A stretch of DNA of 64,000 nt. Origin: Dendrobates tinctorius. Taxonomy: Eukaryota. Position 1 is the stretch's first letter, and each line of letters opens with the position of its first letter. The stretch covers positions 61,814,001 to 61,878,000 of the forward strand of contig NW_027361687.1 in assembly GCF_039654945.1 (NCBI RefSeq), in the 5' to 3' direction. The translations under genes and the position numbers were made by a program. The notes beneath the pieces are model-generated. The model saw only the letters and a list, made by a program, of their open reading frames with translations, did no database searches and had not been told where the DNA came from. Of the stretch, positions 50,140 through 61,094 are shown in pieces.

Positions 50140-51167
50140 AAAGAGCCAAAGAGTGGTCGTAAATGGCTGCACATCCAGTTGGAAGAATGTCTCAAGTGGG
50201 GTACCACAGGGCTCTGTCCTGGGCCCTGTATTGTTCAACATCTTTATCAACGATTTAGATGAAGGAATTGAGGGTAAACTGATTAAATTTGCTGATGACA
50301 CAAAGCTAGGAGGGATAGCTAATACTAGAGAAGAGAGAGAGAGGATTCAAAAAGATTTAAATAAACTGGAGAAGTGGGCAGCAACTAACAGAATGGTTTT
50401 TAACAGGGAGAAATGCAAAGTACTACATCTGGGCAATAAAAATGGAAAAAGCATATATAGAATGGGAGGAATAGGGCTGAGTGACAGCACATGTGAAAAA
50501 GACTTGGGTATACTAATAGATCACAGACTGAATATGAGTCAACAGTGTGATGCAGCAGCAAAAAAGGCAAATGCAATTCTAGGATGTATTAACAGAAGCA
50601 TACAGTCTAGATCACGTGAAGTCATTATTGCCCTCTACTCCTCTTTGGTCAGACCTCATCTGGAATATTGTGTCCAGTTTTGGGCACCACATTTTAAAAA
50701 AGACATCAAAAAACTGGAGCAAGTTCAGAAAAGAGCGACCAGAATGGTGACCGGTCTGCAAACCCTGTCTTATGAGGAAAGGTTGCAGGATTTGGGAATG
50801 TTTAGTTTGCAAAAGAGAAGACTGAGAGGAAACTTAATAGCTGTCTACAAATATCTAAAGGGCTGTCACATTGTAGAAGGATCAACTTTATTCTCATTTG
50901 CACAAGGAAAGACTAGAAGCAATGGGATGAAACTGAATGGGAGGAGACACAGATTAGATATTAGAAAAAACTTTTTGACAGTTAGAGTGATCAATGAGTG
51001 GAACAGGCTGCCACGAGAAGTGGTGAGTTCTCCTTCAATGGAAGTCTTCAAACAGAGGCTGGACAGACATCTGGCTGGATTGATTTAGCGAATCCTGCAT
51101 TGAGCAGGGGGTTGGACCAGATGGCCCAGGAGGTCCCTTCCAACTCTACGATTCTATGATTCTATGA
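50140..51167 (+). mobile_element. CR1 LINE, 5'-truncated
   Basis: CR1 3' end ggtcccttccaac...(ATTCTATG)2 and an RT-domain ORF. Confidence 0.95.
50153..51088 (+). CDS. CR1 ORF2 reverse transcriptase, C-terminal part (open frame, no native start)
   Basis: [45 protein letters not shown]. Confidence 0.9.
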   Translation: MVVNGCTSSWKNVSSGVPQGSVLGPVLFNIFINDLDEGIEGKLIKFADDTKLGGIANTREERERIQKDLNKLEKWAATNRMVFNREKCKVLHLGNKNGKSIYRMGGIGLSDSTCEKDLGILIDHRLNMSQQCDAAAKKANAILGCINRSIQSRSREVIIALYSSLVRPHLEYCVQFWAPHFKKDIKKLEQVQKRATRMVTGLQTLSYEERLQDLGMFSLQKRRLRGNLIAVYKYLKGCHIVEGSTLFSFAQGKTRSNGMKLNGRRHRLDIRKNFLTVRVINEWNRLPREVVSSPSMEVFKQRLDRHLAGLI

Positions 51168-52592
51168 AAATTTTAATAAGCAGTAAATTATAAAATGGCT
51201 TGTATTTACACGCACAATCCAACTATTTCCTTTTCAGAAGATGGGAATAACCCTTTAAAACCATGATGGAAAATTTAATACCGCAGCAGGTGAACACACC
51301 GTAAAAAAATCACAGAATCAAAATTCTACAGGTTGTCTCAGCCAGTTTCCAAGAGAATCCAGAATCCATTTGAAATGTCGGAAATTTTATAGATTGAGAT
51401 GTGATTTAAAAAATGTTTCCTACGGATCTAGAGTAATGGTGGAGCAAGAGGAGGAAGCGAGACGCGTCAGTCATAGATGAGCGCAGCTTGCTGGAACTTA
51501 ATCTCTTTGCAAATCACAGGCTGCCAACCTTTCATTTCCCAAGTGGAAAATTAACAATAATTTGCACTTATTGCTGCCTTTACATGCAATAATTAAATGC
51601 AACCTGCGAAGACGTCACAGGACGTAATTATGTATTATGCAGGTGCTCGCCTATAGGGTTAAATATAGTGGGCAGATACCGGGAGGGAATCAGCCACAGA
51701 ATCCACTTCTTCCTCAGAGTAACCTTGCCTGACTTCCTCTCTTGGTATAATAAATGTGCTTTCTGATGCCTGGGAAAGATACAAAAGGCACATTTTCTGG
51801 TGTAATTGGGACAACTTTACACCAGCCCAGCGGCACATTTTATTAAGGACGAAATGTCAGACTCCGCACACTGTTCTCAGCACAAGTTATGCGCTGCCCT
51901 TGCTCGCTCGCTGGATGCCATAATTGCAATATTTTCTTGTATTCACTAGTCTGAGAGCGGCATCTCTCCGGTGATGAAAGAGAAAAACAAGGAGCCCTCC
52001 GTATTCCTCACACTTTAACCCCTTCTCTGTGCCGCCAATGCGTTTCACACGGGGACAATTATGTCTAAAATTATAGCGAATCTGCTGTTCCTTCAGTACA
52101 GTCTTGTACATAGTAAGCAGTATTATAGTAGTTATATTCTTGTACATAGGGGCAGTATTATAGTAGTTATATTCTTGTACATAGGAGCAGTATTATAGTA
52201 GTTATATTCTTGTACATAGGAGCAGTATTATAGTAGTTATATTCTTGTATATAGGAGGCAGTATTATAGTAGTTATATTCTTGTACTTATGAGCAGTATT
52301 ATCAGAATTATATTCTTGTACATAGGAGCAGTATTATAGTAGTTATATTCTTGTACATAGGGGCAGAATTATAGTAGTTATATTCTTGTACATAGGAGCA
52401 GTATTATAGTAGTTATATTCTTGTACATAGGGGCAGTATTATTGTAGTTATATTCTTGTACATAGGGGCAGTATTATAGTAGTTATATTCTTGTATATAG
52501 GGGGCAGTATTATAGTAGTCATATTCTTGTACATACGGAGCAGTATTATAGTAGTTATATTCTTGTACATAGGAGCAGTATTATAGTAGTTA

Positions 52593-54197
52593 CAGTGGGG
52601 CAAAAAAGTATTTAGTCAGTCAGCAATAGTGCAAGTTCCACCACTTAAAAAGATGAGAGGCGTCTGTAATTTACATCATAGGTAGACCTCAACTATGGGA
52701 GACAAACTGAGAAAAAAAAATCCAGAAAATCACAGTGTCTGTTTTTTTTTCATTTTATTTGCATATTATGGTGGAAAATAAGTATTTGGTCAGAAACAAA
52801 ATTTCATCTCAATACTTTGTGATATATCCTTTGTTGGCAATGACAGAGGTTAAACGTTTTCTGTAAGTCTTCACAAGGTTGCCACACACTGTTGTTGGTA
52901 TGTTGGCCCATTCCTCCATGCAGATCTCCTCTAGAGCAGTGATGCTTTTGGCTTTTCGCTTGGCAACACGGACTTTCAACTCCCTCCAAAGGTTTTCTAT
53001 AGGGTTGAGATCTGTAGACTGGCTAGGCCACTCCAGGACCTTGAAATGCTTCTTACGAAGCCACTCCTCCGTTGCCCTGGCGGTGTGCTTTGGATCATTG
53101 TCATGTTGAAAGACCCAGCCACTTTTCATATTCAATGCCCTTGCTGATGGAAGGAGGTTTGCACTCAAAATCTCACGATACATGGCCCCATTCATTCTTT
53201 CATGTACCTGGATCAGTCGTCCTGGCCCCTTTGCAGAGAAACAGCCCCAAAGCATGATGTTTCCACCACCATGCTTTACTGTAGGTATGGTGTTTGATGG
53301 ATGCAACTCAGTATTCTTTTTCCTCCAAACACGACAAGTTGTGTTTCTACCAAACAGTTCCAGTTTGGTTTCATCAGACCATAGGACATTCTCCCAAAAC
53401 TCCTCTGGATCATCCAAATGCTCTCTAGCAAACTTCAGACGGGCCCGGACATGTACAGGCTTAAGCAGTGGGACACGTCTGGCACTGCAGGATCTGAGTC
53501 CATGGTGGCGTAGTGTGTTACTTATGGTAGGCCTTGTTACATTGGTCCCAGCTCTCTGCAGTTCATTCACTAGGTCCCCCCGCGTGGTTCTGGGATTTTT
53601 GCTCACCGTTCTTGTGATCATTCTGACCCCACGGGGTGGGATTTTGCGTGGAGCACCAGATCGAGGGAGATTATCAGTGGTCTTGTATGTCTTCCATTTT
53701 CTAATTATTGCTCCCACAGTTGATTTCTTCACTCCAAGCTGGTTGGCTATTGCAGATTCAGTCTTCCCAGCCTGGTGCAGGGCTACAATTTTGTTTCTGG
53801 TGTCCTTTGACAGCTCTTTGGTCTTCACCATAGTGGAGTTTGGAGTCAGACTGTTTGAGGGTGTGCACAGGTGTCTTTTTATACTGATAACAAGTTTAAA
53901 CAGGTGCCATTACTACAGGTAATGAGTGGAGGAAAGAGGAGACTCTTAAAGAAGAAGTTACAGGTCTGTGAGAGCCAGAAATCTTGATTGCTTGTTTCTG
54001 ACCAAATACTTATTTTCCACCATAATATGCAAATAAAATGAAAAAAAACAGACAATGTGATTTTCTGGATTTTTTTTTCTCAGTTTGTCTCCCATAGTTG
54101 AGGTCTACCTATGATGTAAATTACAGACGCCTCTCATCTTTTTAAGTGGTGGAACTTGCACTATTGCTGACTGACTAAATACTTTTTTGCCCCACTG
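52593..54197 (-). mobile_element. Full-length Tc1 transposon with ~207-bp IR/DR TIRs
   Basis: TIR CAGTGGGGCAAAAAAGTATTTAGTCAG at 52593-52799 and about 53992-54197, almost identical. TA TSD at 52591-52592 and 54198-54199. Confidence 0.98.
52809..53831 (-). CDS. Tc1 DD34E transposase, intact 340-aa ORF
   Basis: Paired-like [18 protein letters not shown] and STDLNPIE, with 34 residues between the second D and E. C-terminus [11 protein letters not shown]. Confidence 0.96.
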   Translation of the reverse strand: MVKTKELSKDTRNKIVALHQAGKTESAIANQLGVKKSTVGAIIRKWKTYKTTDNLPRSGAPRKIPPRGVRMITRTVSKNPRTTRGDLVNELQRAGTNVTRPTISNTLRHHGLRSCSARRVPLLKPVHVRARLKFAREHLDDPEEFWENVLWSDETKLELFGRNTTCRVWRKKNTELHPSNTIPTVKHGGGNIMLWGCFSAKGPGRLIQVHERMNGAMYREILSANLLPSARALNMKSGWVFQHDNDPKHTARATEEWLRKKHFKVLEWPSQSTDLNPIENLWRELKVRVAKRKAKSITALEEICMEEWANIPTTVCGNLVKTYRKRLTSVIANKGYITKY

Positions 54198-57100
54198 TAT
54201 ATTCTTGTACATGGGGGCAGTATTATAGTAGTTATATTCTTGTACATAGGGGCAGTATTATAGTAGTTATATTCTTGTACATAGGAGCAGTATTATAGTA
54301 GTTATATTCTTGTATATAGGAGGCAGTATTATAGTAGTTATATTCTTGTACATAGGAGCAGTATTATAGTAGTTATATTCTTGTACATAGGGGGCAGTAT
54401 TATAGTAGTTATATTCTTGTACATAGGGGACAGTATTATAGTAGTTATATTCTTGTACATAGGGGTAGTATTATAGTAGTTGTATTCTTGTACATAGGAG
54501 GCAGTATTATAGTAGTTATATTCTTGTACATAGGGGCAGTATTATAGTAGTTATAGTCTTGTACATAGGGGCAGTATTATAGTAGTTATATTCTTGTACA
54601 TAGGGGCAGTATTATAATAGTTATATTCTTGTACATAGGGGCAGTATTATAGTAGTTATAGTCTTGTACATAGGGGCAGTATTATAGTAGTTATATTCTT
54701 GTACATAGGAGCAGTATTATAATAGTTATATTCTTGTACATAGGAGCAGTATTATAATAGTTATATTCTTGTACATAGGGGCAGTATTATAGTAGTTATA
54801 GTCTTGTACATAGGGGCAGTATTATAGTAGTTATATTCTTGTACATAGGGGTAGTATTATAGTAGTTATATTCTTGTACATAGGGGGCAGTATTACAGTA
54901 GTTATATCCTTGTACATAGGGGCAGTATTATAGTAGTTATATTCTTGTACATAGGAGCAGTATTATAATAGTTATATTCTTGTACATAGGAGCAGTATTA
55001 TAATAGTTATATTCTTGTACATAGGGGCAGTATTATAGTAGTTATAGTCTTGTACATAGGGGCAGTATTATAGTAGTTATATTATTGTACATAGGGGTAG
55101 TATTATAGTAGTTATATTCTTGTACATAGGGGGCAGTATTACAGTAGTTATATCCTTGTACATAGGGGCAGTATTATAGCAGTTATATTCTTGTACATAG
55201 GGGGCTGTATTATAGTAGTTATATTCTTGTACATAGGGGTAGTATTATAGTAGTTGTATTCTTGTACATAGGAGGCAGTATTATAGTAGTTATATTCTTG
55301 TACATAGGACCAGTATTATAGTAGTTATAGTCTTGTACATAGGGGCAGTATTATAGTAGTTATATTCTTGTACATAGGAGCAGTATTATAATAGTTATAT
55401 TCTTGTACATAGGGGCAGTATTATAGTAGTTATAGTCTTGTACATAGGGGCAGTATTATAGTAGTTATATTCTTGTACATAGGGGCAGTATTATAATAGT
55501 TATATTCTTGTACATAGGGGCAGTATTATAGTAGTTATAGTCTTGTACATAGGGGCAGTATTATAGTAGTTATATTCTTGTACATAGGAGCAGTATTATA
55601 ATAGTTATATTCTTGTACATAGGAGCAGTATTATAATAGTTATATTCTTGTACATAGGGGCAGTATTATAGTAGTTATAGTCTTGTACATAGGGGCAGTA
55701 TTATAGTAGTTATATTCTTGTACATAGGGGTAGTATTATAGTAGTTATATTCTTGTACATAGGGGCAGTATTATAGTAGTTATATTCTTATACATAGGGG
55801 GCAGTATTACAGTAGTTATATCCTTGTACATAGGGGCAGTATTATAGTAGTTATATTCTTGTACATAGGGGCAGTATTACAGTAGTTATATTCTTGTATA
55901 TAGGAGCAGTATTATAGTAGTTATATTCTTGTATATAGGAGCAGTATTGCAGTAGTTATATTCTTGTACATAGGAGCAGTATTATAGTAGCTATATTCTT
56001 GTATATAGGAGCAGTATTACAGTAGTTATATTCTTGTACATAGGAGCAGTATTATAATAGTTATATTCTTGTACATAGGGGCAGTATTATAGTAGTTATA
56101 TTCTTGTACATAGGGGTAGTATTATAGTAGTTATATTCTTGTACATAGGGGGCAGTATTACAGTAGTTATATTCTTGTACATAGGGGCAGTGTTATAGTA
56201 GTTATATTCTTGTACATAGGAGCAGTATTATAGTAGCTATATTCTTGTACATAGGGGTAGTATTATAGTAGTTACATTCTTGTACATAGGAGCAGTATTA
56301 TAGTAGCTATATTCTTGTACATAGGGGTAGTATTATAGTAGTTATATTCTTGTACATAGGGAGCAGTATTATAGTAGTTATATTCTTGTACATAGGGGCA
56401 GTGTTATAGTAGTTATATTCTTGTACATAGGAGCAGTATTATAGTAGATATATTCTTGTACATAGGAGGCAGTATTATAGTAGTTATATTCTTGTACATA
56501 GGGGACAGTATTATAGTAGTTATATTCTTGTACATAGGGGCAGTATTATAGTAGTTATAGTCTTGTACATAGGGGCAGTATTATAGTAGTTATATTCTTG
56601 TACATAGGGGCAGTATTATAATAGTTATATTCTTGTACATAGGGGCAGTATTATAGTAGTTATAGTCTTGTACATAGGGGCAGTATTATAGTAGTTATAT
56701 TCTTGTACATAGGAGCAGTATTATAATAGTTATATTCTTGTACATAGGAGCAGTATTATAATAGTTATATTCTTGTACATAGGGGCAGTATTATAGTAGT
56801 TATAGTCTTGTACATAGGGGCAGTATTATAGTAGTTATATTCTTGTACATAGGGGTAGTATTATAGTAGTTATATTCTTGTACATAGGGGGCAGTATTAC
56901 AGTAGTTATATCCTTGTACATAGGGGCAGTATTATAGTAGTTATATTCTTGTACATAGGAGCAGTATTATAATAGTTATATTCTTGTACATAGGAGCAGT
57001 ATTATAATAGTTATATTCTTGTACATAGGGGCAGTATTATAGTAGTTATAGTCTTGTACATAGGGGCAGTATTATAGTAGTTATATTATTGTACATAGGG

Positions 57101-59329
57101 GTAGTATTATAGTAGTTATATTCTTGTACATAGGGGGCAGTATTACAGTAGTTATATCCTTGTACATAGGGGCAGTATTATAGCAGTTATATTCTTGTAC
57201 ATAGGGGGCTGTATTATAGTAGTTATATTCTTGTACATAGGGGTAGTATTATAGTAGTTGTATTCTTGTACATAGGAGGCAGTATTATAGTAGTTATATT
57301 CTTGTACATAGGACCAGTATTATAGTAGTTATAGTCTTGTACATAGGGGCAGTATTATAGTAGTTATATTCTTGTACATAGGAGCAGTATTATAATAGTT
57401 ATATTCTTGTACATAGGGGCAGTATTATAGTAGTTATAGTCTTGTACATAGGGGCAGTATTATAGTAGTTATATTCTTGTACATAGGGGCAGTATTATAA
57501 TAGTTATATTCTTGTACATAGGGGCAGTATTATAGTAGTTATAGTCTTGTACATAGGGGCAGTATTATAGTAGTTATATTCTTGTACATAGGAGCAGTAT
57601 TATAATAGTTATATTCTTGTACATAGGAGCAGTATTATAATAGTTATATTCTTGTACATAGGGGCAGTATTATAGTAGTTATAGTCTTGTACATAGGGGC
57701 AGTATTATAGTAGTTATATTCTTGTACATAGGGGTAGTATTATAGTAGTTATATTCTTGTACATAGGGGCAGTATTATAGTAGTTATATTCTTATACATA
57801 GGGGGCAGTATTACAGTAGTTATATCCTTGTACATAGGGGCAGTATTATAGTAGTTATATTCTTGTACATAGGGGCAGTATTACAGTAGTTATATTCTTG
57901 TATATAGGAGCAGTATTATAGTAGTTATATTCTTGTATATAGGAGCAGTATTGCAGTAGTTATATTCTTGTACATAGGAGCAGTATTATAGTAGCTATAT
58001 TCTTGTATATAGGAGCAGTATTACAGTAGTTATATTCTTGTACATAGGAGCAGTATTATAATAGTTATATTCTTGTACATAGGGGCAGTATTATAGTAGT
58101 TATATTCTTGTACATAGGGGTAGTATTATAGTAGTTATATTCTTGTACATAGGGGGCAGTATTACAGTAGTTATATTCTTGTACATAGGGGCAGTGTTAT
58201 AGTAGTTATATTCTTGTACATAGGAGCAGTATTATAGTAGCTATATTCTTGTACATAGGGGTAGTATTATAGTAGTTACATTCTTGTACATAGGAGCAGT
58301 ATTATAGTAGCTATATTCTTGTACATAGGGGTAGTATTATAGTAGTTATATTCTTGTACATAGGGAGCAGTATTATAGTAGTTATATTCTTGTACATAGG
58401 GGCAGTGTTATAGTAGTTATATTCTTGTACATAGGAGCAGTATTATAGTAGATATATTCTTGTACATAGGAGGCAGTATTATAGTAGTTATATTCTTGTA
58501 CATAGGGGACAGTATTATAGTAGTTATATTCTTGTACATAGGGGACAGTATTATAGTAGTTATATTCTTGTATATAGGGGGCAGTATTATAGTAGTTATA
58601 TTCTAGTACATGGGGGCAGTGTTATAGTGGTTATATTCTTGTACATAGGAGCAGCATTACAGTAGTTATATTCTTGTATATAGGGGCAGTATTATAGTAG
58701 TTATAATCTTGTACATAGGGGGCAATATTATAGTAGTTATATTCTTGTACATAGTGAGCAGTGTTATAGCAGTTATATTCTTGTACATAGGAGCAGCATT
58801 ACAGTAGTTATATTCTTGTAAATAGGGGCAGTATTATTGTAGTTATATTCTTGAACCTAGGAGCAGTATTAAAGTAATTTTGTAGGTAAGGTTGGTATTA
58901 TAGTATCTATGCATTGTAACCCTCTAGAGGAAATCTGTCTTCTCCCTCTCATTTCTACGCAATTCCATTGTTAAAGGGGGGGAAGGCTAGCCAACAAAAC
59001 AATTGACAGAAATGGTAGAGGAAAAGAGTACAAAATTTTATTTAAATAGAGAAACAGATAAAAATGGTTGCAAAATACATGAGTCTTAATAAACCCTCAC
59101 AGACAAGGCCAGACAGGTCCACAACCAAGTCAGCATCAGCAAACAATGGCCTATAAAAATCTACAACAACACCCCATTAGTGTAGTAGTAATAAAGGCAT
59201 GATTGCCCATAGAGATCCATGGGGAGTATACATTGCACAAAAATTAAATCATAGTGGTTCAAAATCAGGTAAATTACCTTACTGGAAGTATTCAAAGTCT
59301 GACAGCAGAGGACCTGCCTGCAGCCCTGA

Positions 59330-59372
59330 CCCCTACGTACATTTCGGATAAACGCTCCTTCATCAGATAGAC
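59330..59372 (-). ncRNA. Degenerate hammerhead-like motif in a probable Penelope remnant (about 59000-59480)
   Basis: Minus strand CTGATGA-a-gga-gcgttta-tcc-GAAA-tgtacg-T-A-gggg. Helix I is poorly paired. Confidence 0.45.
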
Positions 59373-60159
59373 AGTGGGAGGAGAGAATATATGTCCGGTG
59401 CAAGTGTCCAGTATGATATATGGGCCTTGCACTTGCTGTTAAATTAAAAAAAAATCTGTGTTCGCTGTGGCGGATACTTGCCATATATACTAATAGTGTT
59501 GTCTACAGCACTTTTTTTTTTACATTAATGCCTCCAGAACTGTGATTTCCCCTAAGGTCTGGTCAGCACATAAGCTCTTCAGTCCAGATAATTAGTATCC
59601 GTGCGCGTCTATATTTTCCCATTCGCTTCTCATTTAACCATTATTTTACGGAAAGTTCTGAGCTGCCGAAAATTCTTTGTCCGCGGCGGTGCTTTTCAGT
59701 CGGAGAGCTGTTCTCGCGCATCATTTTTAGGTCCGCCGCACACGATCATGATGAGTGGAGCGGAGCTCGCAGATGTGCTCATCGTTACTTTCGGCGTATA
59801 TATATGTTTTCTTCTTTCCTCTGTTTTCTGCTTGGAAAAGCTTCGCACATTGACGTAAATCTGGCTAACGATTTGCTTAGAACAGGGACAGCGCTTGATT
59901 AACAAGCTTGAAGCAGCCAGCAGTAAATGGCAAAGTACTAGAGCAAACAGCTCAGTCCACAAATACTGGGTGAAGTGGCTGGTAGCGGATTTTCATTAAA
60001 TATTTTATATGTATTTTTTTTATTTTTCTTAGTGGAAATATCAAGAAAATGGATGCGATGTAATAAATGACAGCATATATAAAACCCACTAATAGCAGCA
60101 AGGCCAGGTATATAATGTGCAGAGCTTGTTGGTCTATGAGGGATCTCAGCGACGGTGAT

Positions 60160-60584
60160 AAAGGACTTAAACGAAGGGGGGTTTTGACCTCTGCTGCCAT
60201 TTTTTCTTTTTTTCTCCTTTTCTTCCAAGAACCATAACTTTTTATTTTTACCAACAACATATCCATACGGGAATTCTGTGGACTCTATATTTTGTTTTAC
60301 CATATGGATGAAATAATTTTATACTTTGATACATCGTACTTTGATACTAAATATATGTTTTTTAAATATGTTTTGATTTCTTTATTTTAGATTGATGGTG
60401 ACATTTAAGTGGTGAAGCATTGGCAATCAAAGCTAGCACTGTTTGCCCCTGTTACAGGTGGGTGCTGGCTGTATAACACAGTCAACACCTGCCCGATATG
60501 GAGCAGGCTTAGGCCCAGCGCTGGCTCCGTATACCCACATCTGACGTGCGATGTTCTTTTGCACCATCCATCAGTAAAGGGTTA
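60160..60584. mobile_element. Possible remnant of a piggyBac-like non-autonomous element
   Basis: Ends AAAGGG|TTAA. No matching left TIR seen. Confidence 0.3.
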
Positions 60585-61094
60585 AAGAACATAGCTTGAA
60601 ATGTCTGATAAAGGAACAAAAGAAGAGCAGCATTAAAAAAACATTATTACATGACTATTAAGTGTCAACCTTAACACTGAATTCTATGGGGGGAAAAGAC
60701 CCCAAAAACCTGCTGGATTTTTGGTGACATACCTTGACCCCAGTAGCAATCATTAGAGTTAAAATTACAATTAGAAGTTGTAAATAACTAAGTCAAAGCT
60801 GAGTGTGAACTACAACCCAAAACCCAAAAGGTTGCAATTGTGTTGAGTGCTGCTCCGGGACCAAGCGACCCCAATTTCATTGAAGTCTATAGGGGCAAAT
60901 TCAAGAGTGATCTACTACCAAAATCCCTATAGGTTATTAGGTGATTATGTCGCATACATTGTGACCCCATTGTCAACCTTTAGGTTTGGGGTTATATAAG
61001 TCTAGTGTGACAAAAGCCCAAGCGGTTGAGGTTACGTCTCGAGATTATTCTGGGTGGTCTCTAAGTTTCCAATGGCATGTGTAAAATTAGTTAA

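Larger units (their letters stand above)
49779..51254. mobile_element. TTAA-targeting palindromic MITE split by CR1
   Basis: TTAA|aaggataattcccatct ... agatgggaataaccct|TTAA. Inner arms at about 49882-49940 and 50062-50116 are inverted. Confidence 0.72.
52100..58890 (-). repeat. 35-bp satellite, array 2 (inverted relative to array 1), interrupted by a Tc1
   Basis: (gcagtattatagtagttatattcttgtacataggg)n at 52100-52592 and 54198-58890, with nested higher-order repeats. Confidence 0.98.

Noticed and set aside
53182-53922. 246-aa plus-strand ORF
   Set aside because: Antisense shadow of the Tc1 transposase.
8330-58890. The two inverted satellite+Tc1 blocks as ends of one giant element or an inverted segmental duplication
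   Set aside because: The two Tc1 elements belong to different families and the flanking unique sequences do not match.
59745-59800. ATGATGA as a possible snoRNA C box
   Set aside because: No suitably placed CTGA D box or terminal stem.
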